Virus record (IMG/VR): IMGVR_UViG_3300037507_004165
Span: 64,001-128,000 of that record
Direction: 5' to 3' (one strand)
DNA length: 64,000 nt
Origin: a virus
Shown here: in pieces, positions 11,501 through 24,915 of the stretch
Position numbering within the stretch: position 1 is the stretch's first letter
How the letters are laid out: each line of letters starts with the position of its first letter
Notes under the pieces: generated by a model
What the model was told of the DNA's origin: nothing
Seen by the model: only the letters and a program-made list of their open reading frames with translations
The model's database searches: none
Program-made: the position numbers and the translations under genes

Positions 11501-13272
11501 AATATGATTATAGCTCTTATTCACCCAACACATTTATTAATTCTGACGAAGCAACGCCGTTTGGCATTCTGAATTATTATGACCAAAATATTGATCAATT
11601 CATATCTAAGGGAATACAAATCCACGCCTACGGAAGACCAGATTCAAATAACTTAATTAACCCGACATTAGAAAGTGGTTGGTTATTCCAAAATGGAACT
11701 CCTTATTATATGTTTGCAGATGGATATTCGGAGTTCAGAGAAAACCAAAATGAGATAGTCCTGAGTTCAATAGCAAGACAAGGTGCCCCAGTAATAGTGG
11801 AGGTTCACGCACAAAATGAGGAAAGTGCGTGGCATTCTACTCCATATACTCAAGTGTCATTTTTAGATGAAGCTACTCCAACTGAAATGTCTTTATATAA
11901 CACAGAGTATATTTTAGCTAAGCATGACAATTATCTAGCTTTAGCTTATCAAGATATATTTGATGTTTCGGTTTTGGATACATACACTGGAGAATATATA
12001 ATAGAAAGCTCACAATATTCTTCTAATATAATTGAAACAGAAAGCATTGGTAATGAGCCAGTAATAAAATCTGGAAGAGAATACAAAGTAAAGTACAGAG
12101 TATTAGACACTTATAACATAGATAATCAATATTATAATGAGCTTGACAATTCATACAGAACAAAAGTCACTCTCTTAAGTACGCCAAATTCACCCTATTA
12201 TACATTTGTGTCATATGAAACTTCAATATTTGATACAGATACTACCTTTAGTGAAACGGCGCTAAACCCGCTTTATTCTCCTTTGGGAGAGGGGTATATA
12301 TTCCTTTCTAAAAAAGAATATCTACTAGATTCTGTTGAAGCAAAAATTTCTCCAAAAGAAATATTGGATAATGGATCGCAAATTATAGCAGTTAATTTGT
12401 TTAGCAAAGATTTAAATTCTAATCCAAAACCATGGATAAAGTATCAAATTACTGGAGATTCTATAGAGGCAACTCCATCTGTCATAGAAACAAACGAGGA
12501 CGGCTACGCAAGGGTATATGTAAGATACACCGGTCAAAGGGTGACATACCCATCTATTTCTAATATATACATATCGGAAACAGATTCCGCTACTCCGACA
12601 ACTTCAGCAACAGTCAATTATTATATAAAGCCAGAAACAATTCAGTCAAATAGGCTTTTGGCAGAAGTTACAAAGAAAATTATAAATGCAGACGGTCAAG
12701 AAACTGTTAATATATTGGGCTCTGCTACTCCTAGCTCCTATGTTTACTGGAGAAGGGGCAGAAGCTTGTATGAAGCTTTAAACACCCCATATAGCATTTC
12801 GAGCTCTACGCCAGATCAAAGTGGAAAGTCTGGTCTAGTCACATCTGATTCTAGTGGTGAGTTTTTAATAGGTCCATACAGGACTCAAAATGACGCAACT
12901 CCTGGATACTGGTTTGTTGTCGTGGATACAGAGATGGCCTCAACTCCTAATTTAAATCCAAATACAGTTGCTGGAGATATAGTTTATTGGTACGAAAAAT
13001 ATGATGTGAATCAATCGAGTTCTTTTGAACCATACCTAATTGCCGACCAGGGTTCAACAGCAAATTACTATCATTATTTAACAGATTCGTCCTTTAAAAA
13101 GGACTTTGCAACGGATAAAGTTTACTATGAAGATGTATTTGAGGATACTTGGAATCTTCCAAAGTGGTATCCTATTAGCAGATACACCCAATATCAAATG
13201 GGGCTAATGGGTTCAACTCCATATATAATTGATACATATGAAAACCTTCATCCAGATTATGAAGAGGAATAA
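8526..13272 (+). CDS. Giant virion structural protein, ~1581 aa after one +1 shift at CGG 8775
   Basis: ORF 8526 joins ORF 8962 through 62 stop-free codons in the +1 frame. FDEFGLRVGLQRLYLESNENFKNRIL resembles baseplate/tail proteins. Confidence 0.7.
8775..8778 (+). other. CGG-T +1 recoding site 5
   Basis: CAA C-GGT CAA TTT; codon 84 of ORF 8526. Confidence 0.85.
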
Positions 13273-13277
13273 GGTGC

Positions 13278-16200
13278 ATGGAATACTTTACTAGACTTAC
13301 TGATCTTGGCAATGAACATGTAATTAAAAAAGGTCCGAAGCTACCAGCTGATGCCGTAAATTTGGGCTGGTATAGCACAGATGATGTAACTCCAGAAAAT
13401 TTCCTCTCAATAGTCGATGCTTCAAATCTTGTAGAGGAAAATGGCGGCAAGCTGAAAGCAGTCAGCGATGATTTTATCATGTATGCAGATGAATTCGGTG
13501 TTCTCAGATACGCAAAAAACAACTCCGAACTTCACCAGGTGCAGCATTCGCCAATAGTTAAAAATCCAGAAGTTTCTTTAAGTAATCTAGTAATTCATGA
13601 AGACTTTGATTTAATTAGACCAGATGGAACCTATACTCTCGAAGATTTTGAGACTTTTAAATTTGCTCATAGCGTATATGTAAGCAGATATTTTACTATG
13701 ATATCGCGGAATAGCTGCAACTTATACTGGGATAGAAACTTCTCCAGCAGTTGATGATCCAGATCGATATAACATTAAGGTGGTTGATTCATCTGGAAAC
13801 AAATATACAGATCAGTATAATAAAAATAGATATAGAATATACATTGAAAGATATCCAACTGGTGTAGAAGATTCCGCTGTAGATTTTTATAGGATAGTTG
13901 TTGTACTTGATTCTCCAGATCCATCTAATTTATATCTTGTTTACGACAAGTTTGAACAAAATCAAGATGGGATACCGTTCAATCAATTTCTGAACTACAA
14001 AGAATACATAAATGCAGTTCCAGCTTATTCGTATGTTGTTGAAGAGTCGGAAGTAATAGATCCAAGTTCTTTCAATAAAAGAGTTTACTCCACACAGCTA
14101 TTTGCTCATAAAGAAAATAAACTTTTGAAAAATGATACAAAAGATGAAGGCTGGAAGATAGTTACTCCGAAAAAAGCAGTTCAAGATCCAAGAACTTTTC
14201 AGAATTTTAACTGGAGACTTTTAGCTAAAATCAATTACAACTTCAGTAAAAATAAGGATATTTATGAGAACTCAGAAAGAGCCGTTCTTAAAGTCGCTGT
14301 TCTGTATTCTGGAATTATTGATAATATTGAAAATCCTTATGTGTTTGCAAACCTAGAAGAATCTGTAATAAACCAACAAAACTTTTTGTTTGAAAATCCA
14401 CTAGCTCCTCAGGGATCAACTAAATCTCAAAGATCTTATTGGGCGTTGAGTATAGACGACTTTGTTTCTACCCAAATCAATTCCGGAAATCTTGACGCAT
14501 TTACATACGACTTCCTTCTCTGGACTCCGACTAAAGCAATAACAGAAGCTCAAAAAAGAATAGTCGATATGTTCTTAGCAAATGGAGTATCTGTATTTAT
14601 AGATTGTTCAAATCTTGATCAGCAGAGCTTATCTACTTCTGGTTTAACCAATTTTGACTTCACTCTTACTTCAACCTCAAATAAAACTGGATTGATAAAA
14701 ATAGTTGACGAATATGTAAATGGAGAAGATACCTTAAATGCATGGGATTTAACATCCTACAATGAATCATCAATTCAAAATTACGGAATATTTGGTGACA
14801 GAAAAAATATACTTAACAATAACTCAGTAAATGAAATAAGAGTTTTTGCTGGTATGCCAGAAAGTGCTGATGGATCAGCAAGATCGATAGCCTACATACA
14901 AGATGGAAGTAATTCATATTCTGCTATTCTTAGAGACAAATATAATTCTAGTTCAGAATTTTCTGCCTTCTCAATTTTCTGCCTAAATCCGTTTTTGACG
15001 TATATAAACGATAATTATGGAGGCAGTGGTCTTCCAGTCTCTGGAAAAAATAAGGGCGTTAATAATACATTTCCAGTTGGAAGAGCAGGAAGTCAAACAG
15101 GCCTATTGAGCGAGGCTGTTATAGGTCCTAATAAAATGTTCTATAACATCATATGTGAATCAAATAGGAACAAGGTTAATAGCAGACTCCAGTTTTCTGA
15201 TGATTCAACAATTGTTTGGAACATATCTCCTTGGAGAAATTCCTGGACTATAAATGGTAGACCAAACTCAGATGGAGAAGTGACTGTACTTTTTAACGAT
15301 GAAAAAGAAACTTTTAACTTTTCTCATAAGTCTAAGGAAATTGAAGACACTGTAACTATTCAAAATAATGAATCAGTTTTTTGCAGAGAAATTGAATCTT
15401 CAATTGGCGAACTTTTAATATCTGACTTTGAAGCAACATCAACAGAGATCGACGCATCTACTATTATAAATAGTGATTTTAGCAATGTAGAATTTTATTT
15501 AGAATGCACAAATGATAACGTAAAATTTATAAATTTTGAAACTATAGATAATACTAATTATTTATTTGCAGATGTAAAAACTTCATATAGCATACATAAG
15601 ATTAGCTCAGCAGCAAAGGATAAAATAAAGAAATCTCCCTTGACTTTGGATGCGTATTCAATAGTGTATTCAAAACAGTTTGATTTAAATTCAATCTATT
15701 ATCCATATATAATTTTAGATTACTCAGATTATTACTCAAAAGTTAATTCAATTATTAAAACTCCAAATGAATATCTTCCAGGAAGTCAATTTGTAAGAGA
15801 TTATGACTATGCTTTTAACACTCAGTTGTTTATAACAGAGGTAAAAACAAATAGGTATAACTATGAAGTTAGTTGGAGTACAGATTTTGAAACATCTTTA
15901 AGCGGAAGTGCGGATTCTGTAAATGTAATCACACACAAGCCAATAGCTGCAGAACCCGATGGTAGCTTTACTACGACTTATTCTTCTCAAGACGATAGTC
16001 CAATACCAATTTCAAATGTCGATTCCCCGTTCTATCAATATAGATATCCTACAAGTGTATTTTCTGCAACAGATATTTTGTATAGAAAATTTAAGGATAG
16101 AACACACTCAAGAAATAACTTTCACTACACAAATGACATTCCAAGAAGTAAGTCGTGGAATGAGTACAAGCTTGGTGTATCAACTAATTTTAGTGACACA

Positions 16201-19200
16201 ACTGTTACTGATCCGTATGCGAACAGAAGAGACGCTCAAGGAAGAACAGGCTTTGGAGCAACAAGCGAAATAACATATGATTATTCAACAGTCCCACCAT
16301 TATCAGAGTCTTCTTTGAACAAAGAAATAATTATGAGACAGGTTCAAAACACATGGACCTATTTAAGAGATCAGGTATGGTCAGATAAACTTTGGTGGTT
16401 TAAAGCCAAATATGATTTCATGAAGAGTAACGTTCCATACGCAAATCCATATATAAACAGTGTTAAAAGCTTGTATGATCACTGGTTATTTTTCGAAAGA
16501 ACAATGATAAACGCAGTTAACTCAGTTCCATTTGGTGCGACGTATGAAGTTAAAAGTCAAATTTTAAACGCCGTATATCAAAGTAATACCACTGGTTTTG
16601 CTACTGCTGTCCATCCATTAATTACAGAATCGGCAGACTTAACTCCGTCAGATTATACATATTCAAAAATATTTAATGTTCCAGCAGGGACTACTGGTAA
16701 GCAGTTATTTGGAATCTTTTTTGACAAGTTCTTAAATTCATTTGACATCTTTACTCCTAGAGTAAAAGAAACATCTACTACAAATTCTAATAATTTAGTT
16801 ACTTCTGGTCCATCAGGAAATTATGTTTTATACATACAATATACTCTTCAAAAAAATGGAATACCAGTAACAATAAATGGAAAATATGATTCTCAAACAG
16901 CCAACGCCGTAAAGCAGTTTCAAACAAAAAAGAAACTAAATTTAATAGATTCTATAGTTGATTCAGAGACTAAATCAGTATTAGCTATTTATTGGATCAA
17001 TTTATACAAGTATAATAGATCTAAATTTGAAACAGAAAGGGACGCAGCACCAAAGGGAGTTGCTCCATACATAAACGCTGCTGTAGTATACTCAGATATA
17101 TATAATGTTTTTGACGGTTCACAATCTACAGAATACAGAAGAATAAGCTATACAGGAATACCTGGTCCGACATTGGTCACAGACCATATAATACTAGAGG
17201 TTCCACAGATAGTTAATGAATCTGGCAATAAAATGGCTTGGCAAGAGCTGCTATCAATAAACCTGCAGGCTGGGGCTTGGGGCTTGGGCGTAAAAAGGGT
17301 TTGGATGTATGAGCAAGATCTTGGTTTAGGCCAGCCAATAGTTCCAGAATTCGATCCAAAGTCAGTAAAAGCATCTCCACAAAACATAATTACTCTAGAC
17401 AAATTCCTGTCATCAAATGAATCATTTGCAATATCGCTTGGTGCAAAGAGAAACATAAGATATGTGATGGTTGAAGTTTACAGCAAGGCCCTTAGTGATG
17501 GTGTGCACGGCCCAAACGCAGAAGGATTTTCGATTAAAGATGTTAGCTTTTCAATAAAAACTCCAGTAAAAGGAAGAGACGCAAGAAAAGAAAAAACTGC
17601 TACTGGATCAGTGGAGTTTAACGCTTCTGCTAAAGGAACAATCAGTGGGAAAACAAATATAACATCCGGTGATTTTGGGGTGTTTAGACTTGGTTCCGTG
17701 TCCGATGCCAACGCCTATCCGGGTACAACAATTACTTCTGTTAATTTAAGCACTTTATCGATTTCAGCTGAAGTTGAAGATGAAAATGGCGATCCTATAT
17801 TGGATGAAGATGGAAATAAAATCAAAGTAGAGTTTACTCATTCATTGAGTAATCCGCTAATATATTCTCCATCTAGTGGATTTAACAATGATCAGATATC
17901 TTTTGATAGGGATGGTGTTACATACACAATTGATGGTCTTTCGGAATCCACTGGGTTGTCTGGCTTGGATCCAAATATCACTGGAGTAATAAGAACTGGT
18001 GGACCTACAGGCGCTGTTACACTTAATAGCTCTGAAGTAAACTCTCAATTTGACATACTAAACAATATGGCTCCAATATATCAAGTTGTAACCACAAATG
18101 GTGTAGAAATAGAATCAAAAGAATATTCCAGGGAGTATGAGGTCTCTAATTTCTACGTTGCTGATGCTGACTCGTCTGGTCTAAATTATAAGCAGAATAA
18201 AAAACTATCGATAAACGCCAAAGACGGTGCGGTTGTACTTACAGATTCCTTGGGCAACCCCATAGGTCTGCCAGTTTACTCAGAGTTTGCACAACCACAA
18301 GATTCATCTACCGGAACAAGTGTTGAGGTTTCTTTTGGAAATACAATACTAAAATGGAATCTAAAAGATTCTAATGGAAACCTATTGCCTTCCCCGGACG
18401 GACTACAATGGGGCTTTTACAATATAAGAACAAGACAATTTTTGGGCAAAAAGTTTACATACCAGTATTACATGCAGAATAAAAGAGATGTTTATATTGG
18501 TTTAATAGCTTTCGATGCTGATAGAAATTCAGTAACTTCTGAAAATATTATAGGAATAGATAATAGAACTGGAACACTTAGAGAATTCCAATTCCCAGCA
18601 AAATCGCTGTGCCCGGTATACTCAGTTAGAGTGAGTGATAGGCCAAAGATCGCTATATCAAATCCACCAAAAGATTTGTCGAAGTTTGATACATGGTTTA
18701 TAAATTTAAGTAGAGGAAGATTCTTTAAAAATCATTTTATCTCAACAAATATAGTTGTAACAAATTGGTTAAAAAATTATTTCAATCAAACATTAAGATG
18801 CCTATATGATACTACAAAAATTCAAATTCCTTCTTCTGGGATATTTGGTTCTGGATACTACGATATCTACGATGAAAATCCAATAGTTATTTCAAAAAAC
18901 GAAATACAATTAAGACACGGTTCATTCCATGTGGAGCAGGAAGTTTTGAATAAACCTAATATATCAACATATTACACTGACGCAAGTCCAGTAGAAATAT
19001 GGGCAGACGTATTTATTAAGGATTCAAATGGGGAATGGGTTGAGGTAGATTCTGGTCAAATTAGAAATTATAACAAGCATACTGGTTTAATTTCCTTTGC
19101 TAAAGAAATAGTTCCAGATAAGGATTCAGATATCAAAGTAAATTATGTAGTAAAAAATCCAAATATAATTTTATATCAGGTTAATGGAAAAGAAATTCCA

Positions 19201-19800
19201 TTAAATCCATATGTATCAAATGTAAACCAATCTGCATTCTACGACAGTGCAGGGGATGTTGTCAGTTTTTATAGTTGGATTCCGGCTTATTTAAATAAAT
19301 CATCTTCCAATCCAATACACTTTTATATACTTCCTTCTTCGGTTGAAATTATGGAAAATGGTGAATATAAAAAAGTAGAAGAATATCAAGAGCCAGAAAG
19401 TGTTATAGATTTTACTTCAGATTATTCTATTTTTAATCCAAACTCCATTACCTATAATCCACTGGCGATATATCTTGGTTCTGCTGTTGTAAATAACTCA
19501 TATGATAGAGATAGAGTTTCATTAATCGACCTTAGACTTAAGGGCGGTGGAATTAAACCATTTGAGAACAAAACAAAGACCATAGAAGAAAAGCCAAACA
19601 TACTAAGCTTTAATGATATATATTCAGGAAAAGGCTATTTGTATCCTAACGGTGGATATGTTATAGTTAAAATACCCAAAGAGGTAAAAGATAACTTTAA
19701 TTCAATAGAAGAGATTTACAGCATAGTTAGGTCCAACCTAACTGCAGGTGTTGCATTTGACATTCAGGATATGGACGGAAATGACTGGAGAACAATTTAA
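13278..19800 (+). CDS. Giant virion structural protein with internal peptidoglycan-binding domain, ~2173 aa after one +1 shift at CGG 13707
   Basis: ORF 13278 joins ORF 13780 through 24 stop-free codons. PG_binding_1-like segment GPSGNYVLYIQYTL..NGKYDSQTANAVKQFQ near 16800-16980. Confidence 0.7.
13707..13710 (+). other. CGG-A +1 recoding site 6
   Basis: TCG C-GGA ATA GCT; the extra C sits unambiguously between two G at the codon boundary. Confidence 0.85.
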
Positions 19801-22474
19801 ATGCGTACGCAATTAAATGAATATATTTCCTCTTTCAATAGACAATATAGAAAAACAGTAGCGTCTGTTCTATCTGAATCAGTGGTTGAGAAAGCAGAAA
19901 TAGGCAACTTAGTCAATAAAATAGGTTCTTTTACTTCAGCTTCAGATTATATACCAAGTCTTGTAAGCTCTTTGACGACCATACAAAGAGAGCCAATGGT
20001 CGATCTTTTTAGGGATATAGATCTTAGAATTAAAACAGCCTATGATATATCGAGAACTCTGTCCATACTCAGGTCATCAATGGAGTCTATGTTCGCTGGA
20101 GAAATAGAAAAGATAGAAAAAGATATTTCTTTTCTTGAATCTTACATGGATAATTGGACGTTTTTGTCTGGAGAAGAAGATCTATATAATTATACTTTTG
20201 TGGAAAACTTTGACAATGATTCAAACTCCTATATTCATGGCGGTGATCTGACTCAAATACCAGATAGAAATCGGAATTCCGTTTTATGAGGTAGAAAAAG
20301 CTTTTGTAGATCCATTTGATGGATCACTAAAATATTCTCAAAACTATGAGCAGGTCTTATCTCCAATTAGTAGCGATGATATACAATCAATAAATTATCA
20401 TACAAATTTTTCAAAAGATTATATATCTAGTGATACTGGTGTAGAAAAAATTATAACTTCTTCTTCCTCTAGTGTTTGGAACCTTACCGTAAAGTCTCCA
20501 TCGGTTGTTAGAGATAATATTTTTGATCGAGAACAGTTTAAAAATCTCAAGATTAATAGCTCTATAGATTCTTCAGCTCAATTGGCAATTGAGATAAATC
20601 TAAAATCTCCTAAAAAAATATCTAGAATAAGAATTAATCCAAATATTGGCAATAATCTTGATCTGATACAAGTCGCCATAGAAGCTACTAACACGGTAAG
20701 TGCAAATACTCAACAATCGCAAAACTCTGACAAGTATGCCGTTTTAACTTCTCCTATAAGAATAAAAAATAGTGTTGACATAGATTTGCCATCTGCCGAG
20801 TTTGTTAAAAGCTTTACGCTTTTCTTTGCTCAAAGTAGCTACACTAGGACAAAAATAACACCACTTCAATCCGAAGTAAATACAAAACTAATTAATCAGA
20901 TATCTTCTGCAATAAGAAAATATAGAAAAAATAGTCACGATAAACTACAGGATAATGTTATAAAGTTTTTTATAAAAGACTATGCTAAAGATTATATAAC
21001 AAGAAATAAAAGTTTGTATTATTATGATTATACAGACTATTATCCAACCGATTATGAAAAAATAAATGTCGGAGTATTAGAAGAGTTTAAAAACAAAAAA
21101 TTCTTTTCTGACATAGATGATTTTAATAAACTCAAAAATACAACATTATTGTCTAATATAGTTTTTTCAATTGTATCTTTTTCAATAGGTTCAAAACTTA
21201 GATCAGTTGTTAGCAAAACTTACTTAGAATCTAATTTAAGAGAGGCTTTTAAAAACGTATCTAATTATTCTTCTGGTGGCATTGTTCCGCTGGGAGATTC
21301 AAATAAATCAGAAAACAATTCTCACTTCTTGGAAGATTCAATTGAATACACCAGCTCTTTAAATGCGAATGAACTTTTCTCTAATTCAGAAAGTCCCGGA
21401 ATGTATGAGTATATGTTTTCAATAAAAAATATATCCTTCTTTTCCCCAACAGAGGGTGAGATAACTTCACTTCCTTCGCCTCTTAATAGATCTATGTTTG
21501 TAAGCAAGAGAATACCAATCGGCGGCCTTCCAATGAAAGTCAAGATGATGTCTGAGTATTTTTCTCAAATAAACTATTCAGAAAATGATATTTCTAATGA
21601 TAAAACTTCTATAGAATTTAGTGTTTCGATAACTGATAATCCAATTTTTGAAGAAAACTGGATACCGATCATGCCATTTAATGATTCGGAAGTGAGGGCA
21701 GAGCTTCTGTATCCAAATCTATTTGGTGTTTCCTCAACAAGATTCCTTGCCAATGAAGAGTCTGTAAAGTTATTCGAAAACGGAAAACAAAGAAATTTTG
21801 GAACATATGAAGTATCTGGAAAAAATATATCCATACTTCAGTACAACAGCTCTAACACATATTTTGTTTCGTACGTCCCATTTAACATCAGTGCACTAAA
21901 AGAAGTTCCGCTGTTCTCTAGATCCATGTCTAACCCAGTGCTTGTAGGCGCGTCTTCAAATGGTTTTAATGGAGAAAGATTTGAGGGGTCAGGTCCCAAT
22001 AACTCTGTGACACTATCAAATACTCCATATATAAGTCAAGAAAAACTTGTTAATGCTGTATACTCATCTATAAACGGTACTATAACTACAAATAAAAGCT
22101 CCTTTGGCAACTTTGACTATTCATCATACTCACCAGTCAAAGTTATATTTGAGGATGGTTCAGTTGGTCTCAACTTGAGTAACTATATTCTTAGCAGTTC
22201 GCAATCTCCGTCTTTTTATGAAACTGATTCCATACTGTTTGTTCACTCTGCAAATACAATAATATTTAATCAAAAAATAAATAAACCATTTAGAGTAATA
22301 TATCAATATATACCGAGCATATTTAGATATAGAATTGTCTTAAGAAGCTTGAACAATTCTCCAGAAAATTATTCTGTCGATAGATTATTATTTAAATTTT
22401 CTCTCGACAAAGATAATACAATAGACAATAACTTTTTAAAGTACGACAATAAATATTTAAAGAAATCAGTTTAA
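19801..22474 (+). CDS. Virion structural protein, ~890 aa after one +1 shift at CGG 20272
   Basis: ORF 19801 joins ORF 20582 through 103 stop-free codons in the +1 frame. Confidence 0.7.
20272..20275 (+). other. CGG-A +1 recoding site 7
   Basis: AAT C-GGA ATT CCG; codon 158 of ORF 19801. Confidence 0.85.
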
Positions 22475-22483
22475 GGAACTTAC

Positions 22484-24913
22484 ATGGCACAATTATCAAC
22501 CGACACTCTTGCTTATTCGCAGATAATATCAAAGGTTCAAAAGTTTGTATCTGATTATTCTGTTTTAAAAAATACTTCACCCAAAGATTATGATAAAGCT
22601 TATCAAAAACTTTTATTTGAAATTCACCAGAGCATAGGTGGAGTTTCTGCAAAAAATATTTTCCTCAACAAAGGAAACGTTCCTTCTTCTAATGAATTTA
22701 ATGAGTTTATTTTTAATCTAACAAATGATTTGAATATTGTTACTAATCAGTTTGACACACTATCTGCTAACTATATAAATACATTTAATCTTTTTTCAAA
22801 TCAGTTGGAAGCAGAAAAGAATTCTATATCAAGAATCAGATCAAAAATAAATGTTCTTGAATTTTATTCAAAAAGCTCGTCAAATGACATCACATATTAT
22901 GGAGATAGTTTCAACGATCTATCTTTGGTTGATTCTTCTAAGATATCCACTGGCTATATTCCAGACATATCAGACGGGTATGCAACACTTGCAAAACAGT
23001 CATCTAAAAACTGGAAGTGCGCAATAAGAGTTGTTAATGAAAACTATAATGAATCAATTTCAGATGAAATTTCCTTTGTTAAACCATCTAACGGATTAAA
23101 GGGCAATCACTTTTTGTTTCACCAAGACGGAAATGACAATCCGTTTCTGTACGAAAAAGATGCTTCAATACTAAGATCTAACGAATCTGCGATTCTAGAC
23201 GGAAGTGCTGCCACTTATTTTGAATATGAAGCTGTAAATGTTTTAGCTGTTAATGATTCAAACTATTACAACTCAAGGCCAGAATATGAGTTTGAATATT
23301 TTGACAATGGCAAATATATAAATTGGGCTAAATTTGATACGTCTAAGCCACTTAGCTTAACTATTGAATTTACAAACTCAGCTCAATCTGGAGATTATAT
23401 TAACTACATATCAATTCTTCCCTTTTTTGGATATGATATTCCAGGAACAAATTCACTAATAAAAAATGTTAAAGTAACTTCTATTAAACTTTTTGATTCG
23501 ATAAACAATACTACATATGAATTAATAAATGGAGATCCAGTAACAATAGGATCTGATATTTCTTCTAGAAATGTAGATAATTATAAAAACTTTTTTTATA
23601 ACAAAGGTGTTTTTAGATTTGAAGAAAAAAAAGTAAATAAAATATATATAACTCTTGAACAAGCAGAATTTAATGACACTTTGATCAAGCATGCCTACTG
23701 GACACCATATGAGATTAATTCAAATCAAAAATGGAATAATCAAAGTAGATTTAACCCAAATGGAGTAATCTCTTCCTCTCCAATAACCACGTCCTGGGAT
23801 AAAAGCACTCTTGTTCCAGAAATAACAAATCCAGCAAAATACAAAACAGCTGCTGCGGACATGAAGCAGATAGTTATTTCAAAAAATGAAACTGTTAGCA
23901 CACAATTAAAGTACCAGATAAAGCTTACGTCTGGCCAAGAAGCTTATTATTGGTATAGGAGAGATCCTGATCTGAATGTGGATCTCTTTTGCACAAAAGC
24001 TAACGCACCGTATTATCCAAATCAAGATTCTCTATTGGCGTCTATACAGAGAATTAGAAGCGAAAACCCGCCATCCGCATGCGTCTTGGTGGATCCAACA
24101 ATAGACATAACAAAGCAGCTAAATTCGCTAAAGATAAGAATGCAGTCGATACAGATATCTTCTGGAGTAGCCACACTGACAACTTTATTAGATCACAATC
24201 TTTCAGTTGGTTCCAAAGTTTATATAAGAGACAGATGGGGTTCCATAGATATACTAGGTACATTTACCGTTTCAGAAATCCTTAATTCTAAAGAGTTTAA
24301 AGTTGCAACCTCATACTCTGGTGATCTAGCGTTAACAGACATATCTTCAAATTTCGGACTATGCCTTAAGGTCATAGCAAGTCCAACAAGCTCAAATCTT
24401 TCAATAGAAAGTAGCTCTGATCCAATAAACAAAACTTCAAAAGTGTATCTTAATTTAAAGAGAAACTTTGAATACTTAAAAGCAAAAAGAGCAAGTATTG
24501 GGATAAGAGATATTTCTTTTGGCAAGGAAACATTTAAAGACTCTGCAGAAATAGTCTCTAAACCGTTCTTTATTCATGGTCAATTAGAGCTTCTTAGCCT
24601 AGAGGTTTCTGAATATATACCACAAACAGAATCAAATAGAGCAGGCATCAAGTATTATATAAGTGTTGATGGTGGAAATAGGTGGATACAAATATCGCCA
24701 ATAGAAAGAAATTTTTCTGGTATTCCAGAAATATTGGCCTTTAACCAAAACCTGACTGACAATTCAACAGTTCCCCAAATAGCTTACTATAATGAACCAG
24801 AAGTACCGAATCCAATAAATTCGGTAATTTTAAAAGCTGTTATTCAAAAAGACAGAATGGTTAATTCTACCCCAATATTATATTGGTATAAATTAGGTGC
24901 TAGGATAGTATAA
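22484..24913 (+). CDS. Virion structural protein
   Basis: 809-aa ORF; SD AAGGA; shares architecture with neighbours (helical N-terminus, YYISVDGG..W..ISP near C-terminus). Confidence 0.6.
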   Translation: MAQLSTDTLAYSQIISKVQKFVSDYSVLKNTSPKDYDKAYQKLLFEIHQSIGGVSAKNIFLNKGNVPSSNEFNEFIFNLTNDLNIVTNQFDTLSANYINTFNLFSNQLEAEKNSISRIRSKINVLEFYSKSSSNDITYYGDSFNDLSLVDSSKISTGYIPDISDGYATLAKQSSKNWKCAIRVVNENYNESISDEISFVKPSNGLKGNHFLFHQDGNDNPFLYEKDASILRSNESAILDGSAATYFEYEAVNVLAVNDSNYYNSRPEYEFEYFDNGKYINWAKFDTSKPLSLTIEFTNSAQSGDYINYISILPFFGYDIPGTNSLIKNVKVTSIKLFDSINNTTYELINGDPVTIGSDISSRNVDNYKNFFYNKGVFRFEEKKVNKIYITLEQAEFNDTLIKHAYWTPYEINSNQKWNNQSRFNPNGVISSSPITTSWDKSTLVPEITNPAKYKTAAADMKQIVISKNETVSTQLKYQIKLTSGQEAYYWYRRDPDLNVDLFCTKANAPYYPNQDSLLASIQRIRSENPPSACVLVDPTIDITKQLNSLKIRMQSIQISSGVATLTTLLDHNLSVGSKVYIRDRWGSIDILGTFTVSEILNSKEFKVATSYSGDLALTDISSNFGLCLKVIASPTSSNLSIESSSDPINKTSKVYLNLKRNFEYLKAKRASIGIRDISFGKETFKDSAEIVSKPFFIHGQLELLSLEVSEYIPQTESNRAGIKYYISVDGGNRWIQISPIERNFSGIPEILAFNQNLTDNSTVPQIAYYNEPEVPNPINSVILKAVIQKDRMVNSTPILYWYKLGARIV

Positions 24914-24915
24914 GT

